From positions 420,697-484,696 of the forward strand of contig JAOPTR010000016.1 in NCBI GenBank assembly GCA_051531935.1: a DNA stretch of 64,000 nucleotides. The letters run 5' to 3'. The notes beneath the pieces are model-generated. The model ran no database searches. It was given only the letters and a program-made list of their open reading frames with translations, and was not told the origin of the DNA. Source of the DNA: Hyphomicrobiales bacterium (lineage in GTDB: Bacteria; Pseudomonadota; Alphaproteobacteria; Rhizobiales; OSC116). This document shows, in pieces, positions 50,126 to 59,643 of the stretch (its first letter is position 1; every line of letters starts with the position of its first letter). A program made the position numbers and the translations under genes.

Positions 50126-50299
50126 TTATCGTTTTCGCCATTCTTTTATGGCAATCAATATGCGTATTGCCGTCAAAACCAAAGTAAACATCACCAAAAC
50201 AAGCCCAAGCCAATTCTCCACTTCGCCAAATATGGAAGCGTAACTCACAAAGCCGCCACCCGCAATCGTACTCACATCTATAAAACTTCTCTCAACCAT
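50126..50299 (-). CDS. Unlisted 57-codon ORF: single-pass membrane protein with a basic C-terminus
   Basis: ATG at 50299, TAA at 50128-50126 (below the track cutoff). Product MVERSFIDVSTIAGGGFVSYASIFGEVENWLGLVLVMFTLVLTAIRILIAIKEWRKR. Starts 15 nt after the DUF2793 stop on the same strand. Confidence 0.3.
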   Translation of the reverse strand: MVERSFIDVSTIAGGGFVSYASIFGEVENWLGLVLVMFTLVLTAIRILIAIKEWRKR

Positions 50300-50314
50300 C
50301 ACCCAACCTTAAAT

Positions 50315-51133
50315 TTATAGTTTCCAAATTTCTATTTTGCAATTTATAGACGGCCCCTCGCCTGCCTGCCCAAAACGCCAATTATCCGCAGTTCCCACTT
50401 CAACATGGTGCATTAAAGAAAATTCATGGTCAGCATCTGTCACGTTCAGTTCACCCTCGCCAACCGATCTTGTTAAAGCCGCAGTAGAAGTAACTCCAGC
50501 TTCAGAATATTCACATGAACCCTCAATTAAGTGTTGGCTGCTATTTATGTTCTTCAAATCTACTTTATGTTTACCAACCTGTACGGCCGCACTCATAATT
50601 TTCACCCAATAGTTACCAATAGGCAATTTAAACTTGCTAGCTGCTTGGTCAAATACCATTCCTGCACCCAGTTCGTTTATTTTCAAGGCGTTCAAATATC
50701 TCAAATTCCAACCCGTCACTGGCGGATTTGTCGAAACTTGCCCATATCCCATCTCTTCACAAACCAACACATCAGGCTTAAAATAATTTTTCCTATTCGC
50801 ATAGGTTTGCCAATTCGGCCCTTCAAAAACCATAAGCTTCTGTTCATCAACAACCCAACACAACCACCCCGTCTTTGCGGTTAGTATTTTCCAGGCATCA
50901 TCCTGATAAAAAGCTATTTTTCCATCTTGCCCAAACCAATCTCCAGTCGCGCCATTTGCAATAATATAAGCATCACCATTATTTGGTGCCACTGGCATCA
51001 CCTCCAAATCTGCTGTCAATACAGCAAGCTGCACCACAACGTCTAAGCGGTTCAAACTTTCATTCATGGTCAAATGCTTCTGATTTTGCGACGCAGCCAA
51101 AAACGGCAATTCTAAAAAATAACTATTAGACAT
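50315..51133 (-). CDS. DUF2793-domain protein (GTA-associated, follows g15)
   Basis: MSNSYFLELPFLAASQNQKHLTMNESLNRLDVVVQLAV matches the DUF2793 N-terminal pattern. The ATG at 51133 overlaps the g15 stop by 8 nt. Confidence 0.75.
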   Translation of the reverse strand: MSNSYFLELPFLAASQNQKHLTMNESLNRLDVVVQLAVLTADLEVMPVAPNNGDAYIIANGATGDWFGQDGKIAFYQDDAWKILTAKTGWLCWVVDEQKLMVFEGPNWQTYANRKNYFKPDVLVCEEMGYGQVSTNPPVTGWNLRYLNALKINELGAGMVFDQAASKFKLPIGNYWVKIMSAAVQVGKHKVDLKNINSSQHLIEGSCEYSEAGVTSTAALTRSVGEGELNVTDADHEFSLMHHVEVGTADNWRFGQAGEGPSINCKIEIWKL

Positions 51134-54100
51134 GTATTTCAACTTCCTTTTCAGTGCCACGCCCAACCAGCGCCGACATTTGGTATATTTTCAATTTAAA
51201 ATCCTGTGCCAAACCACCAAAATCCGCAATCTGATCTGCTTCGCTGTATATAAATTCGGGGTTGTTGCAATCAAATTGCCGCAATGCCACCCCACCATTT
51301 AGCGGCCATATTTCAACTTCATAGGCTTCAATTTGTTCGTTCAGCTGCACTTGCGCAATTGCCCAATTCTCGCCACCATGCCGTGTCTGTCTTATCCAAC
51401 TAACCTCAAGCGTATTTGCGTTTTTCAGAGCTTTCACATGAACAGGTGCAAACGGTTTCAAGGCCACTGGGTCATGCTGCCATTGCGCAGTTTGGTAGCT
51501 TTCATGCTCAAGGTTTTTACTCGACAAACCATATTTAACGTCTATCAGTGCAAACATTTCCTCTGCATTTAAATCAAAGCTTTGTACGGCTTCATTCAAA
51601 ATTACAAATCTCGACAATGCCGAAGTTTGCGTCTTCATGGCTGAAGCAGAACCATATTTCCCACGCACTAAATACGATATTTCAAACAGATTCTCCGAAA
51701 CCATCTCTGCATTCTTAAACTGAATAATCTCCCACTCACCACCGTCATTCCCAATAACAGCTAAATTTTTTCCTGCCATTAATTCGGCTTCGGATATAGA
51801 TGATATTTCCCCTGCATATAGTCTGACAACAATTTTATTGGCGTGGTCAATCCGATCAATGACACCTGCATTAAAAACAGTTTCAATATGTCCGATCACA
51901 GCTCTTTGCTTCACCACCGCACGTTTTATATAACTGCCACCTACATCCTGGAACAGGCTCATTTCTCCGCCCCACGGCTTCACAAATGCGGCAAATAAAA
52001 CTCTTTTCTCCGCACTTACAACATTCGTATCAGTTGCTAATATTGGCAAGTTCAAAGGTTCAAATAGCGCTTGTCCATGTGGCGGTTTGGTTTCAAATAA
52101 CCCAGTTTTTAAATCTCGCTCAATCAGTCGATTCATGCCAATGGCAAAATCTGCTGAAACAGCTTCAATTTTTTGCTTCAATCCAGTTTCAACGGTTTTG
52201 ACCCGCCAGTTGCCATTCAAATCAGAAGCTTTATTTGCCATATTCAATGAAAATACATCACCAGATTCAAGAAAACCAAATTCGGCACCCACAGTGACGC
52301 TAAGTATTTTATTCTGACCACGGCTCGCCTTCAATCTATCAGATACCAATTTAGCAGCATATGATTGCGATAAAACGGCAGGTAGTTGATAAAACTCATC
52401 AAATCTATATTCACTCACGCCATCATCGCTCAATTCACTTGTTACACGGCTCGAATAACTGCCATCATCACTTATGTATTTCAAATGTGCATCACTCACC
52501 ACACCCAAATCATCCGCGCGGTACAGGTCTGGCAATTTCGTGTCAGCCAAATGCTCATCTAAAATGCTCACCACCGCGTCGCTGTCTTGATGTTTGAAAA
52601 TCAAAATATCATCTCGAATAAAAGCTAATAGTCCAAAATTTTGCAAAATATTTTGTAGAATTTCTATTGGGCTTTGCAATTTATCAATTAAATAACCTTC
52701 AACTTGTCCAACAATTTCCGTTACATCAACCTGCATTCCGCTGGTAAATTCAACAATTAATTTATCCAAGGGAACCATGCCCAAGCGCCCATTAAGCCAA
52801 TGCCCATAATTCCAATTATCGCCATCGGCCCAGACGTCTTTTAACAATGGAAAAGCAGGGTAAGGTCGGGCATCATAGGCCCAAATATATGCATTTTTGG
52901 TATCCAACATTCTACCGCCATACACACTAGAAATCGGATTATTAACACCGTCATTCTGGTAATATTCCAAAAGCACTTCTAAATACCGCCGCTGTATCAC
53001 ATCATCACGGTTATCATTTGAGTGATAAGGTATTTTTCCTTCCGATGAAGCAGGGTCGTAAAATACATTCGGCTGATTGCTGCCCTTGTCAATCGCAGGG
53101 CAGCCAATTTCAGTCAGCCAAATGGGTTTGGATTCTGCCACCCATGACGTCGATGTCGCCACTTCCACACCATCAATTCGGTTATAATGTGGGTTGCCCC
53201 ACCATTGCTTAATGTCTTTGGTTCTAAATACCCAATGCTTACCATAAGCCGTATCATCAATCGGGGTTCTTATCTGCGCATCTCGTGCATTTTGGCTAGC
53301 ATAATAATAATCATACCCCTCGCCTGCACCAATATTCCCTCGCAAATAATCGCGTTGGTATATATGAGATGCGCCATTCACTTGGTCTAAATGTTCAGGC
53401 TCGTCTCGCCAATCTGATAATGGCCAATAAGCATCAATTCCAACAAAATCAATATTGTTATGCCCCCATAAATCATCTAAATGGAAAAATATATCGCCCG
53501 TACCGTCTTGCGGATGATGCCCAAAATATTCACTCCAATCCGCACCATATGAAATTTTTGCCAATGGTAACGCTTGTGCAACCTCATCAGCCAAATTTAT
53601 TAGTTGGTCAATGGCAGGAAAATGCGTACGGCTGTCTCTCACAGTGGTTATGCCTATTAATTCCGAGCCCAATAAAAACCCGTTCACACCACCTGCCAAT
53701 TTACACAATTTCGCATAATGCAAAATCATCCGCCTATATCCCCAATCACCAGAACCATAATATAAAACCAAATTTTGATAAATGCGTATGTCTGTGGTGG
53801 GGCAGTCGCCAAAAAAATTGGCAATTTGGCTTGTGGCTGCCGCTGTCTTATCAGGGCTGCTGGCTTGACCAATAGCAGGGTGGCAGGTAATTCGCCCTCG
53901 CCATGGGTAAATCGGTTGGTCAGTGCCACCTTGCGGGTTGGGCAAATTATTCGCGGCAGGCACGTCCATAAGAATAAAAGGGTAAAAAACAACTTCAATG
54001 CCGCGGCGTTTAAACTCAGCAATGGCCGCTAATACCGAATCGTCCGAAGGCGTACCGCCAAATGCAGCATGCCCATCAATTTGCGACACAAGCGCTGCAG

Positions 54101-54872
54101 TGCTACGAATAACTCCATTCACCATCCATTGCTCAGGGCTGGTATTCTTTTGAGCGTTGTCAACTCGTGGGGCAATTTTAATGTGCGATGCACGCAAATC
54201 GTCGCCAAACCAAGGCACAATTAGAGAGATTTTCTGCAAATTCGGGCAAATATTGCACAATTCATCAATTGACGCGACAAAATCCGTCTCTCCCGTAAAT
54301 CCATGCTGGTTTTCAGGAAAAAACTCATAATTGCTTTCTCTCACAATTGAAACAGTATGATAACCAAATTCCGTCGCACCAGGAATCACAGCCACGGCTT
54401 GCACCTGTTTCTCAAGCTCACCAGTTGCATTAATAACTTCAAACGAAAATTTCGGTACCATATTGCCAAAAGGCTCTAAGTGTAAATCTTCAAAAATTAC
54501 ATAGGCAACATCTCTAAATGCAGGGGCTTTTCCCACACCAAATATGTTTTCCAATAAAGGGTCAGCAATTTGGTCGGCACTGCCTTTATAATAGCGCCAA
54601 TTTATGTCAGTCATATCTTGCAAGCTATCATTCACCCACATTTTCGAAATATGGTCTATTTCACCTTCACAAAGCGCAATGGCAAAGCTCAAACTAAATC
54701 CTGCACCAATCTGATCGTCTTTCTTAGTGGGCTGTACAATTTTAAATTCATCGGCCCAGATCACTTGGCCTGCAATCCTCATTCTGCCTAATATTTTTGG
54801 TATCGGCACGGCTTGCTCACTGGTTTGCACAATTGGTGGGTTGTCCAAACTAAAAACATCAATTTTCACCAT
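51126..54872 (-). CDS. GTA g15-like host-specificity / distal tail protein (TIM-barrel-like domain)
   Basis: 1248 aa, including GGTPSDDSVLAAIAEFKRRGIEVVFYPFILMDV and downstream regions typical of the g15 family. Confidence 0.88.
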   Translation of the reverse strand: MVKIDVFSLDNPPIVQTSEQAVPIPKILGRMRIAGQVIWADEFKIVQPTKKDDQIGAGFSLSFAIALCEGEIDHISKMWVNDSLQDMTDINWRYYKGSADQIADPLLENIFGVGKAPAFRDVAYVIFEDLHLEPFGNMVPKFSFEVINATGELEKQVQAVAVIPGATEFGYHTVSIVRESNYEFFPENQHGFTGETDFVASIDELCNICPNLQKISLIVPWFGDDLRASHIKIAPRVDNAQKNTSPEQWMVNGVIRSTAALVSQIDGHAAFGGTPSDDSVLAAIAEFKRRGIEVVFYPFILMDVPAANNLPNPQGGTDQPIYPWRGRITCHPAIGQASSPDKTAAATSQIANFFGDCPTTDIRIYQNLVLYYGSGDWGYRRMILHYAKLCKLAGGVNGFLLGSELIGITTVRDSRTHFPAIDQLINLADEVAQALPLAKISYGADWSEYFGHHPQDGTGDIFFHLDDLWGHNNIDFVGIDAYWPLSDWRDEPEHLDQVNGASHIYQRDYLRGNIGAGEGYDYYYASQNARDAQIRTPIDDTAYGKHWVFRTKDIKQWWGNPHYNRIDGVEVATSTSWVAESKPIWLTEIGCPAIDKGSNQPNVFYDPASSEGKIPYHSNDNRDDVIQRRYLEVLLEYYQNDGVNNPISSVYGGRMLDTKNAYIWAYDARPYPAFPLLKDVWADGDNWNYGHWLNGRLGMVPLDKLIVEFTSGMQVDVTEIVGQVEGYLIDKLQSPIEILQNILQNFGLLAFIRDDILIFKHQDSDAVVSILDEHLADTKLPDLYRADDLGVVSDAHLKYISDDGSYSSRVTSELSDDGVSEYRFDEFYQLPAVLSQSYAAKLVSDRLKASRGQNKILSVTVGAEFGFLESGDVFSLNMANKASDLNGNWRVKTVETGLKQKIEAVSADFAIGMNRLIERDLKTGLFETKPPHGQALFEPLNLPILATDTNVVSAEKRVLFAAFVKPWGGEMSLFQDVGGSYIKRAVVKQRAVIGHIETVFNAGVIDRIDHANKIVVRLYAGEISSISEAELMAGKNLAVIGNDGGEWEIIQFKNAEMVSENLFEISYLVRGKYGSASAMKTQTSALSRFVILNEAVQSFDLNAEEMFALIDVKYGLSSKNLEHESYQTAQWQHDPVALKPFAPVHVKALKNANTLEVSWIRQTRHGGENWAIAQVQLNEQIEAYEVEIWPLNGGVALRQFDCNNPEFIYSEADQIADFGGLAQDFKLKIYQMSALVGRGTEKEVEIHV

Positions 54873-54889
54873 AATTACCTCATTCTATT

Positions 54890-55354
54890 TTATGAACATT
54901 TACCATCAATATTGGCGTCATTCGGCCAAGAATAGCTGCCAAATAAATGCCGTTCCCACCAAGCCGAATAACTATTCTCCACTACCCCACGCCCAACATA
55001 AGCGTGGATGAATGTCTCGCTCGAAACTGCGATTGCAATATGTCGAGAAGGCAAATTCAACCTGTATCTGAATAATAATATGTCACCTGTTTTAATCGGT
55101 GCCATTTGTGCTTTACGCTTAAAATATTTATCTGCCATATCTGCCAATAAATCAGTCTCAGCAGCCTCGTTCCATCTAGGCGCGTATGGCGGAATCATTT
55201 CAGGTTCGACACCATATAAATCTCGCCAAACACCGCGCACCAAACCAAGGCAGTCACAGCCAACATGCTTCAAACTCGCCTGATGTTGGTAGGGCGTCGC
55301 TAACCACTGCTTTGCAGCAACAATCACCTTTTTACCAATTTCAGCTTTGGTCAT
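54890..55354 (-). CDS. GTA g14-like NlpC/P60 cell-wall peptidase
   Basis: GCDCLGLVRGVWRDLYG (catalytic Cys), HIAIAVS...FIHAY (His); 154 aa. Confidence 0.85.
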   Translation of the reverse strand: MTKAEIGKKVIVAAKQWLATPYQHQASLKHVGCDCLGLVRGVWRDLYGVEPEMIPPYAPRWNEAAETDLLADMADKYFKRKAQMAPIKTGDILLFRYRLNLPSRHIAIAVSSETFIHAYVGRGVVENSYSAWWERHLFGSYSWPNDANIDGKCS

Positions 55355-56232
55355 TCTTCAAGCAATGTATGTTGTGGGTAAGCAAATCTAAAATTCTTAC
55401 CGGGCATATGGCTAAAACCTCTAAACTGTGTGCCATTGCTAAATTTGTTCGCGCAAGTGTCAAAGCTTTTGTCGCACCCCATTTTAAGCTTCATTTGGTC
55501 GTTTAGCTTAATTTCAAATTTTATATTCTGCTGCAGTTCAATCAAATGTTGCCCATTTGATTGCTTATATTGCCGTTCAATTTTATACCGCACTTCGTTT
55601 ATACTTGCGTTGTCACCCGTTTGCCATTCAAGGTAACCATGCTCAAAATAACCGTTTATAATGTTAGCAGGCAAAGCAACTCCAAAAGCATGAGTTGATG
55701 CAAGTTCGCTCACATAGCCTGCTGCGTTATATATCGCCAATTCGGCATTGATTTTGCATCTGTCATCTGCAAATTTCGCATCACATCTTTCTTGTAACAA
55801 TCGCCCATATTTGTTGTTCAACGGTGCGGTTAATCCACGCATTTCAAGTTTTACTTCAACACCTGAGAATGTAACACCCCCAACAAAACCTTTTTTAATC
55901 AAAGCAAATTCAGACAAATTATGCCAATTCACATGATAAAGATCAAACTTAGCATTTTTCAAGAAACCAGATTGAACCAAAGACTGACTCAACATATTTT
56001 CATTCATACAAGTCGAAAGCATAAAGGCATCTAGGCTTAAATTTAATGTGCTTTTCGCAGGTTCAATCTCTAACCGATCATCGGGTAAATATTGCAGCCC
56101 GTTAAATTCAAGAATGCGGTCATGGTCGGTAACCAGAATCATCTCCGCATCATTGTAAATTTTTAAACATTTACAAACTTGTGTCACATTCAATGATAAA
56201 TGCTGTTGCCATTCAGGCGCTAAATTTTTCAT
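55351..56232 (-). CDS. GTA g13-like protein (DUF2163 / BR0599 family)
   Basis: VTQVCKCLKIYNDAEMILVTDHDRILEFNGLQYLP fits the DUF2163 N-terminal signature; 293 aa. Confidence 0.85.
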   Translation of the reverse strand: MKNLAPEWQQHLSLNVTQVCKCLKIYNDAEMILVTDHDRILEFNGLQYLPDDRLEIEPAKSTLNLSLDAFMLSTCMNENMLSQSLVQSGFLKNAKFDLYHVNWHNLSEFALIKKGFVGGVTFSGVEVKLEMRGLTAPLNNKYGRLLQERCDAKFADDRCKINAELAIYNAAGYVSELASTHAFGVALPANIINGYFEHGYLEWQTGDNASINEVRYKIERQYKQSNGQHLIELQQNIKFEIKLNDQMKLKMGCDKSFDTCANKFSNGTQFRGFSHMPGKNFRFAYPQHTLLEE

Positions 56233-56241
56233 AGACCCTCA

Positions 56242-56892
56242 TCAATCTAAAATTTCTAATAACGGAATATTGGTTATTTCACCCGCCTTAACTGCAGTAT
56301 AATCAACCTTCAATTCTATCTGCGCAAACCTCACAGCCACATCAAATTCATAACCAGCGGTAATTTCATCACCAAGTGTCAATCCTGCAGAGGGCAAAAT
56401 CGTCACCAAACCCGTCAAAGGCGCCACCCAAAATAAACTAGAATTCAGCTCAACACCATCCACCGCCACAAGCAGTGTATTGGCTTTAGGTTTGGTAATT
56501 TTACGAATGTAATTTTGCTCATCATTTGTCGGCTCACCATAGGTTTTCACCAGTTGAAATTCCAAACTCGTAGCATCAAAAATACCAATTTTCTGGTCAA
56601 AGGCCGATATTCCCAAACCTATTTCAGATGATTTATGGTCCAAAATATCATGCCATCTAAACCCAATCAAAGCCCCTCTTCGAGCCTCATAAAAATCAGT
56701 AAGCCTTGCCAACTCATCAAATGATTTTGCTTTTACCGCAACTTCATATCGGCGTTTAGAATGGTATTTTCGGGCATTGCGCTGTTCCCTGCCCGATAGA
56801 AAATTCTGAATTTCAGTTTGTCGCTCAATGCTCTTGCTGGCACTAACCCCCAAATGTGGGGGAAATAATATATCATGGAAATCATCAATCAT
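56242..56892 (-). CDS. GTA g12-like protein (DUF2460 family)
   Basis: MIDDFHDILFPPHLGVSASKSIERQTEIQNFLSGREQRNARKYHSKRRYEV parallels the g12 N-terminus. AAGGAGG SD lies 8 nt upstream of the ATG at 56892. Confidence 0.82.
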   Translation of the reverse strand: MIDDFHDILFPPHLGVSASKSIERQTEIQNFLSGREQRNARKYHSKRRYEVAVKAKSFDELARLTDFYEARRGALIGFRWHDILDHKSSEIGLGISAFDQKIGIFDATSLEFQLVKTYGEPTNDEQNYIRKITKPKANTLLVAVDGVELNSSLFWVAPLTGLVTILPSAGLTLGDEITAGYEFDVAVRFAQIELKVDYTAVKAGEITNIPLLEILD

Positions 56893-56893
56893 T

Positions 56894-57310
56894 TCATACC
56901 CCTCCTTCAACGAGAAACTTCATTTCCATTCGGCCTTTAACGTGCCCAAAATCAACTTGTTCAATTTGAGTGGCGATAAGCTCACTAGAAATCAGTGCAA
57001 ACCCATCGCTCAAATTCACTTCAGGTGCAAACCCATCAAAAACGCGTTCCATCGTCGCCATTATATTATGAGTGGTTAGGCTCGAATCGGCCTTTGCCAC
57101 AATCACAAATTCAACCCGATGTTCAGTCACTTCTTCATCCAACACATGCAGCAACTTGCTGCTAATATTGTCATAGCTAATGTAAGGCAAAACGGCACTT
57201 TCCTGCACAATGTCATAAAACCTCACAACATCCATTATGGTTGCTAAATCCGCGTTGGCAGTAATTTCAGTGTATAAATATGCCTTTAACTGCACCAATC
57301 CCAACATCAT
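56894..57310 (-). CDS. GTA g8-like protein (DUF3168, tail-completion type)
   Basis: 138 aa. The pattern (LKAYLYTEITANADLATIM...VRFYDIV...LPYISY...EFVIVAK) is DUF3168-like and unlike TP901-1-type major tail proteins. Confidence 0.7.
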   Translation of the reverse strand: MMLGLVQLKAYLYTEITANADLATIMDVVRFYDIVQESAVLPYISYDNISSKLLHVLDEEVTEHRVEFVIVAKADSSLTTHNIMATMERVFDGFAPEVNLSDGFALISSELIATQIEQVDFGHVKGRMEMKFLVEGGV

Positions 57311-57657
57311 TCACCCTCACTTTTTAGCGCTAAAACCCTCAACCATAAATCAGCTTCATCCAAATTCTGAACCGACTGAATTTCATAAAACTCATCATTA
57401 AATTTCAGCTGCATTTGCTTGCGGACACCCGTAAAATATCGCAAATGAACCATAATTTCAGTTTTATCCTGGCTAACTTGACCACTCATAGATTGCCGTT
57501 CAGTTTTAAGCTCAACCCGCGCCCAACGTTCCGCAAATAATATTTTATTGGTAACTTCACCACCAATAATGTCAGGCGAAACAGCAATATTATATATTGC
57601 AACTCGTTGGGTTAATTGCCCAAAATCAACACCATATTTTCTCAATTTAAAACTCAT
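57307..57657 (-). CDS. GTA g7-like head-tail adaptor (head closure, SPP1 gp16-like)
   Basis: LTQRVAIY...WARVE...FYEIQSV pattern. The start taken at the ATG at 57657 lies 1 nt after the g6 stop. Confidence 0.78.
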   Translation of the reverse strand: MSFKLRKYGVDFGQLTQRVAIYNIAVSPDIIGGEVTNKILFAERWARVELKTERQSMSGQVSQDKTEIMVHLRYFTGVRKQMQLKFNDEFYEIQSVQNLDEADLWLRVLALKSEGE

Positions 57658-57658
57658 C

Positions 57659-58237
57659 TTATGCCAATCGCGGATGTTGCTGTTTAAATGGTGCAATCAT
57701 GTCCAAAACCATAAGTGGAATTTGATGAATCTCACCAGATGCAATCGGGCCGCGGTTTTCATACCAAAATGCCACCAAATGCATAATAGCCTGCAATATA
57801 GGCGCGGGGACATCTTGTGGCGCTGCGCCATACCCCGCCCAAAATTGAACTCGAATTCCCGAATACTCACTGCCTATACTAGGCAAGTTTTGTGTCACTT
57901 TTAACAATGCAGGTTCAACTTTAACGTTGTAAATATAACCATCAATAGATAGGTCATTATATATCCCATCCACATCAATCACAGCCAAGCTTTCAACCGA
58001 TATAACAGGGTTTAGCGGCAACTTAATTTCACAATCAAACGGCAAAACATCTAAATAAATCGACCAAAATTGCCTCAACAAAGCGCGGCTTAAACGTGTT
58101 TCAAGTTGCACACGTGCAGCGGTAATCATAGAGGCAATCAGCACATCTTCTATGTTATTTTCAATCTTTAAATAGTTTTTCACTTCGTTTAAAGTTACGG
58201 GTTCACCCACCGCAGCTGTTTCTAAAATCAACGCCAT
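57659..58237 (-). CDS. GTA g6-like head-tail connector (gp6 family)
   Basis: VTLNEVKNYLKIENNIEDVLIASMITAARVQLETRLSRALLRQFW. The start taken at the ATG at 58237 has AAGGA 8 nt upstream. Confidence 0.8.
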   Translation of the reverse strand: MALILETAAVGEPVTLNEVKNYLKIENNIEDVLIASMITAARVQLETRLSRALLRQFWSIYLDVLPFDCEIKLPLNPVISVESLAVIDVDGIYNDLSIDGYIYNVKVEPALLKVTQNLPSIGSEYSGIRVQFWAGYGAAPQDVPAPILQAIMHLVAFWYENRGPIASGEIHQIPLMVLDMIAPFKQQHPRLA

Positions 58238-58304
58238 AATGTCCATCCTTATTGGTAACAAAAAGGGCGCTCCATCCAGAACGCCCCACCTATTTCAGCT
58301 CAAT

Positions 58305-59609
58305 TTACGCCGAGAATTTCAAAAGTTTAATGGCGTTAAAGTCATGCACACCACCACCAACACGCTTGGTTGTGTAAAATAGCAAATATGGTTTTGCCGA
58401 ATATGGATCACGCAAAATACTAATGCCACGACGGTCAACAATCAAATAACCACGGCCAAAATCACCAAATGCAAGTGATGTGCTGTCCGTCGTGATGTCA
58501 GGCATTTGTTCAACTTCGGCAATGCTGTAATTCAATAAAGATGCCTTGCCGTTCACCGTCTCCGCAGGGCGCCACATATAATTGCCATCCGCATCTTTTA
58601 GCTTTCTAATTTCGGCCTGAGTTTTGCGGTTCATCACCCAATGGCTGTTCACTCGATAACGCGCTTTAAGGCTGTAAATAAGGTCAAGCAAACAATCCGA
58701 TGCATCAGTCGCGGCAAAACCGCCATCAGCCCCTGTTTCAACAAACCCCAAATTGCCCCAAGACCAATTGTTTTCCGCAATGGTCGGCACATCTAAAAAG
58801 CCCTTTGGCTTATTCACGCCATCGCCATTCACAAAGGCTTCGGTTTCTTGATCAACAAATGCCGCTTCAATTTCCGTGGCAATCCATTGTTCCAAATTCA
58901 CAGCACTATCTTCAAGTAAAGATGCAGAAGCCGCAGGCATGGCGTATAATTCCATGGTGGGGTAAATCAATTCTTCTAAATCAGCACCGCTGGTTTGTGG
59001 TCGCGCATCACTGTCACCTACCCAACCAGATGCAAAATCATTAATCGCAAATGGCTTCTTATAAATGCTTGATGTCACCTGTTGAATGCCCGCAATGTCA
59101 CGAATAGGTGAAGCCAATTTTAAATTGTCTAAAATATTGCTTTCAATTTGCTCAGGCACAAAATAACCACCATCATTGCCAGATACTAGGCTGTAGGCTT
59201 TGCCTTCCATAGTTTCAATCTGGCTTGCACCTTTACGCATATATGCGTTAAATGCCGCCTTAGATTCACTATTTTCAGTCATTTGTGTAAGCGGCGACAT
59301 TTCACCGCCCAATAATGGACGTTTAGATTTATGCCCTAGCATATCCATTTTGCTTTGTTGCTTGTCCAAATGCGCATTAATCTTATTCAGCTTTTGTTCA
59401 ATCAGTGGGTCTGCACCCTGTTGCGTTTCAATGCGGCCTAAACGTTGGTCATTGGTATGTTTAAACTCCTCAAACGCATTCATAAAATCATCAAACACTG
59501 CATTCACGTCAGTGTTGTTTTTTTGGCTTACAACTTTTGTTTCCAAGTTAATATCTCCATTTTTGCTGTGTTTTTTGTTGTATTTGGGCGTGTTTTTTAA
59601 GGCCATCAA
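58305..59609 (-). CDS. HK97-family major capsid protein (GTA g5-like)
   Basis: 434 aa. N-terminal coiled-coil delta-like region followed by an HK97 MCP-like body. Confidence 0.9.
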   Translation of the reverse strand: MMALKNTPKYNKKHSKNGDINLETKVVSQKNNTDVNAVFDDFMNAFEEFKHTNDQRLGRIETQQGADPLIEQKLNKINAHLDKQQSKMDMLGHKSKRPLLGGEMSPLTQMTENSESKAAFNAYMRKGASQIETMEGKAYSLVSGNDGGYFVPEQIESNILDNLKLASPIRDIAGIQQVTSSIYKKPFAINDFASGWVGDSDARPQTSGADLEELIYPTMELYAMPAASASLLEDSAVNLEQWIATEIEAAFVDQETEAFVNGDGVNKPKGFLDVPTIAENNWSWGNLGFVETGADGGFAATDASDCLLDLIYSLKARYRVNSHWVMNRKTQAEIRKLKDADGNYMWRPAETVNGKASLLNYSIAEVEQMPDITTDSTSLAFGDFGRGYLIVDRRGISILRDPYSAKPYLLFYTTKRVGGGVHDFNAIKLLKFSA

Positions 59610-59643
59610 ATCGCTTCCTTCGGTTGGTATTTATAAGTTTGGG

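Noticed and set aside
56894-57310. Whether this 138-aa ORF is the major tail protein (g9) rather than g8
   Set aside because: The size fits either. The sequence pattern (N-terminal L-x-x-L...ADLATIM, PYISY, hydrophobic-strand layout) is DUF3168-like and lacks the look of TP901-1-type tube proteins. It remains the key point to verify by profile search.
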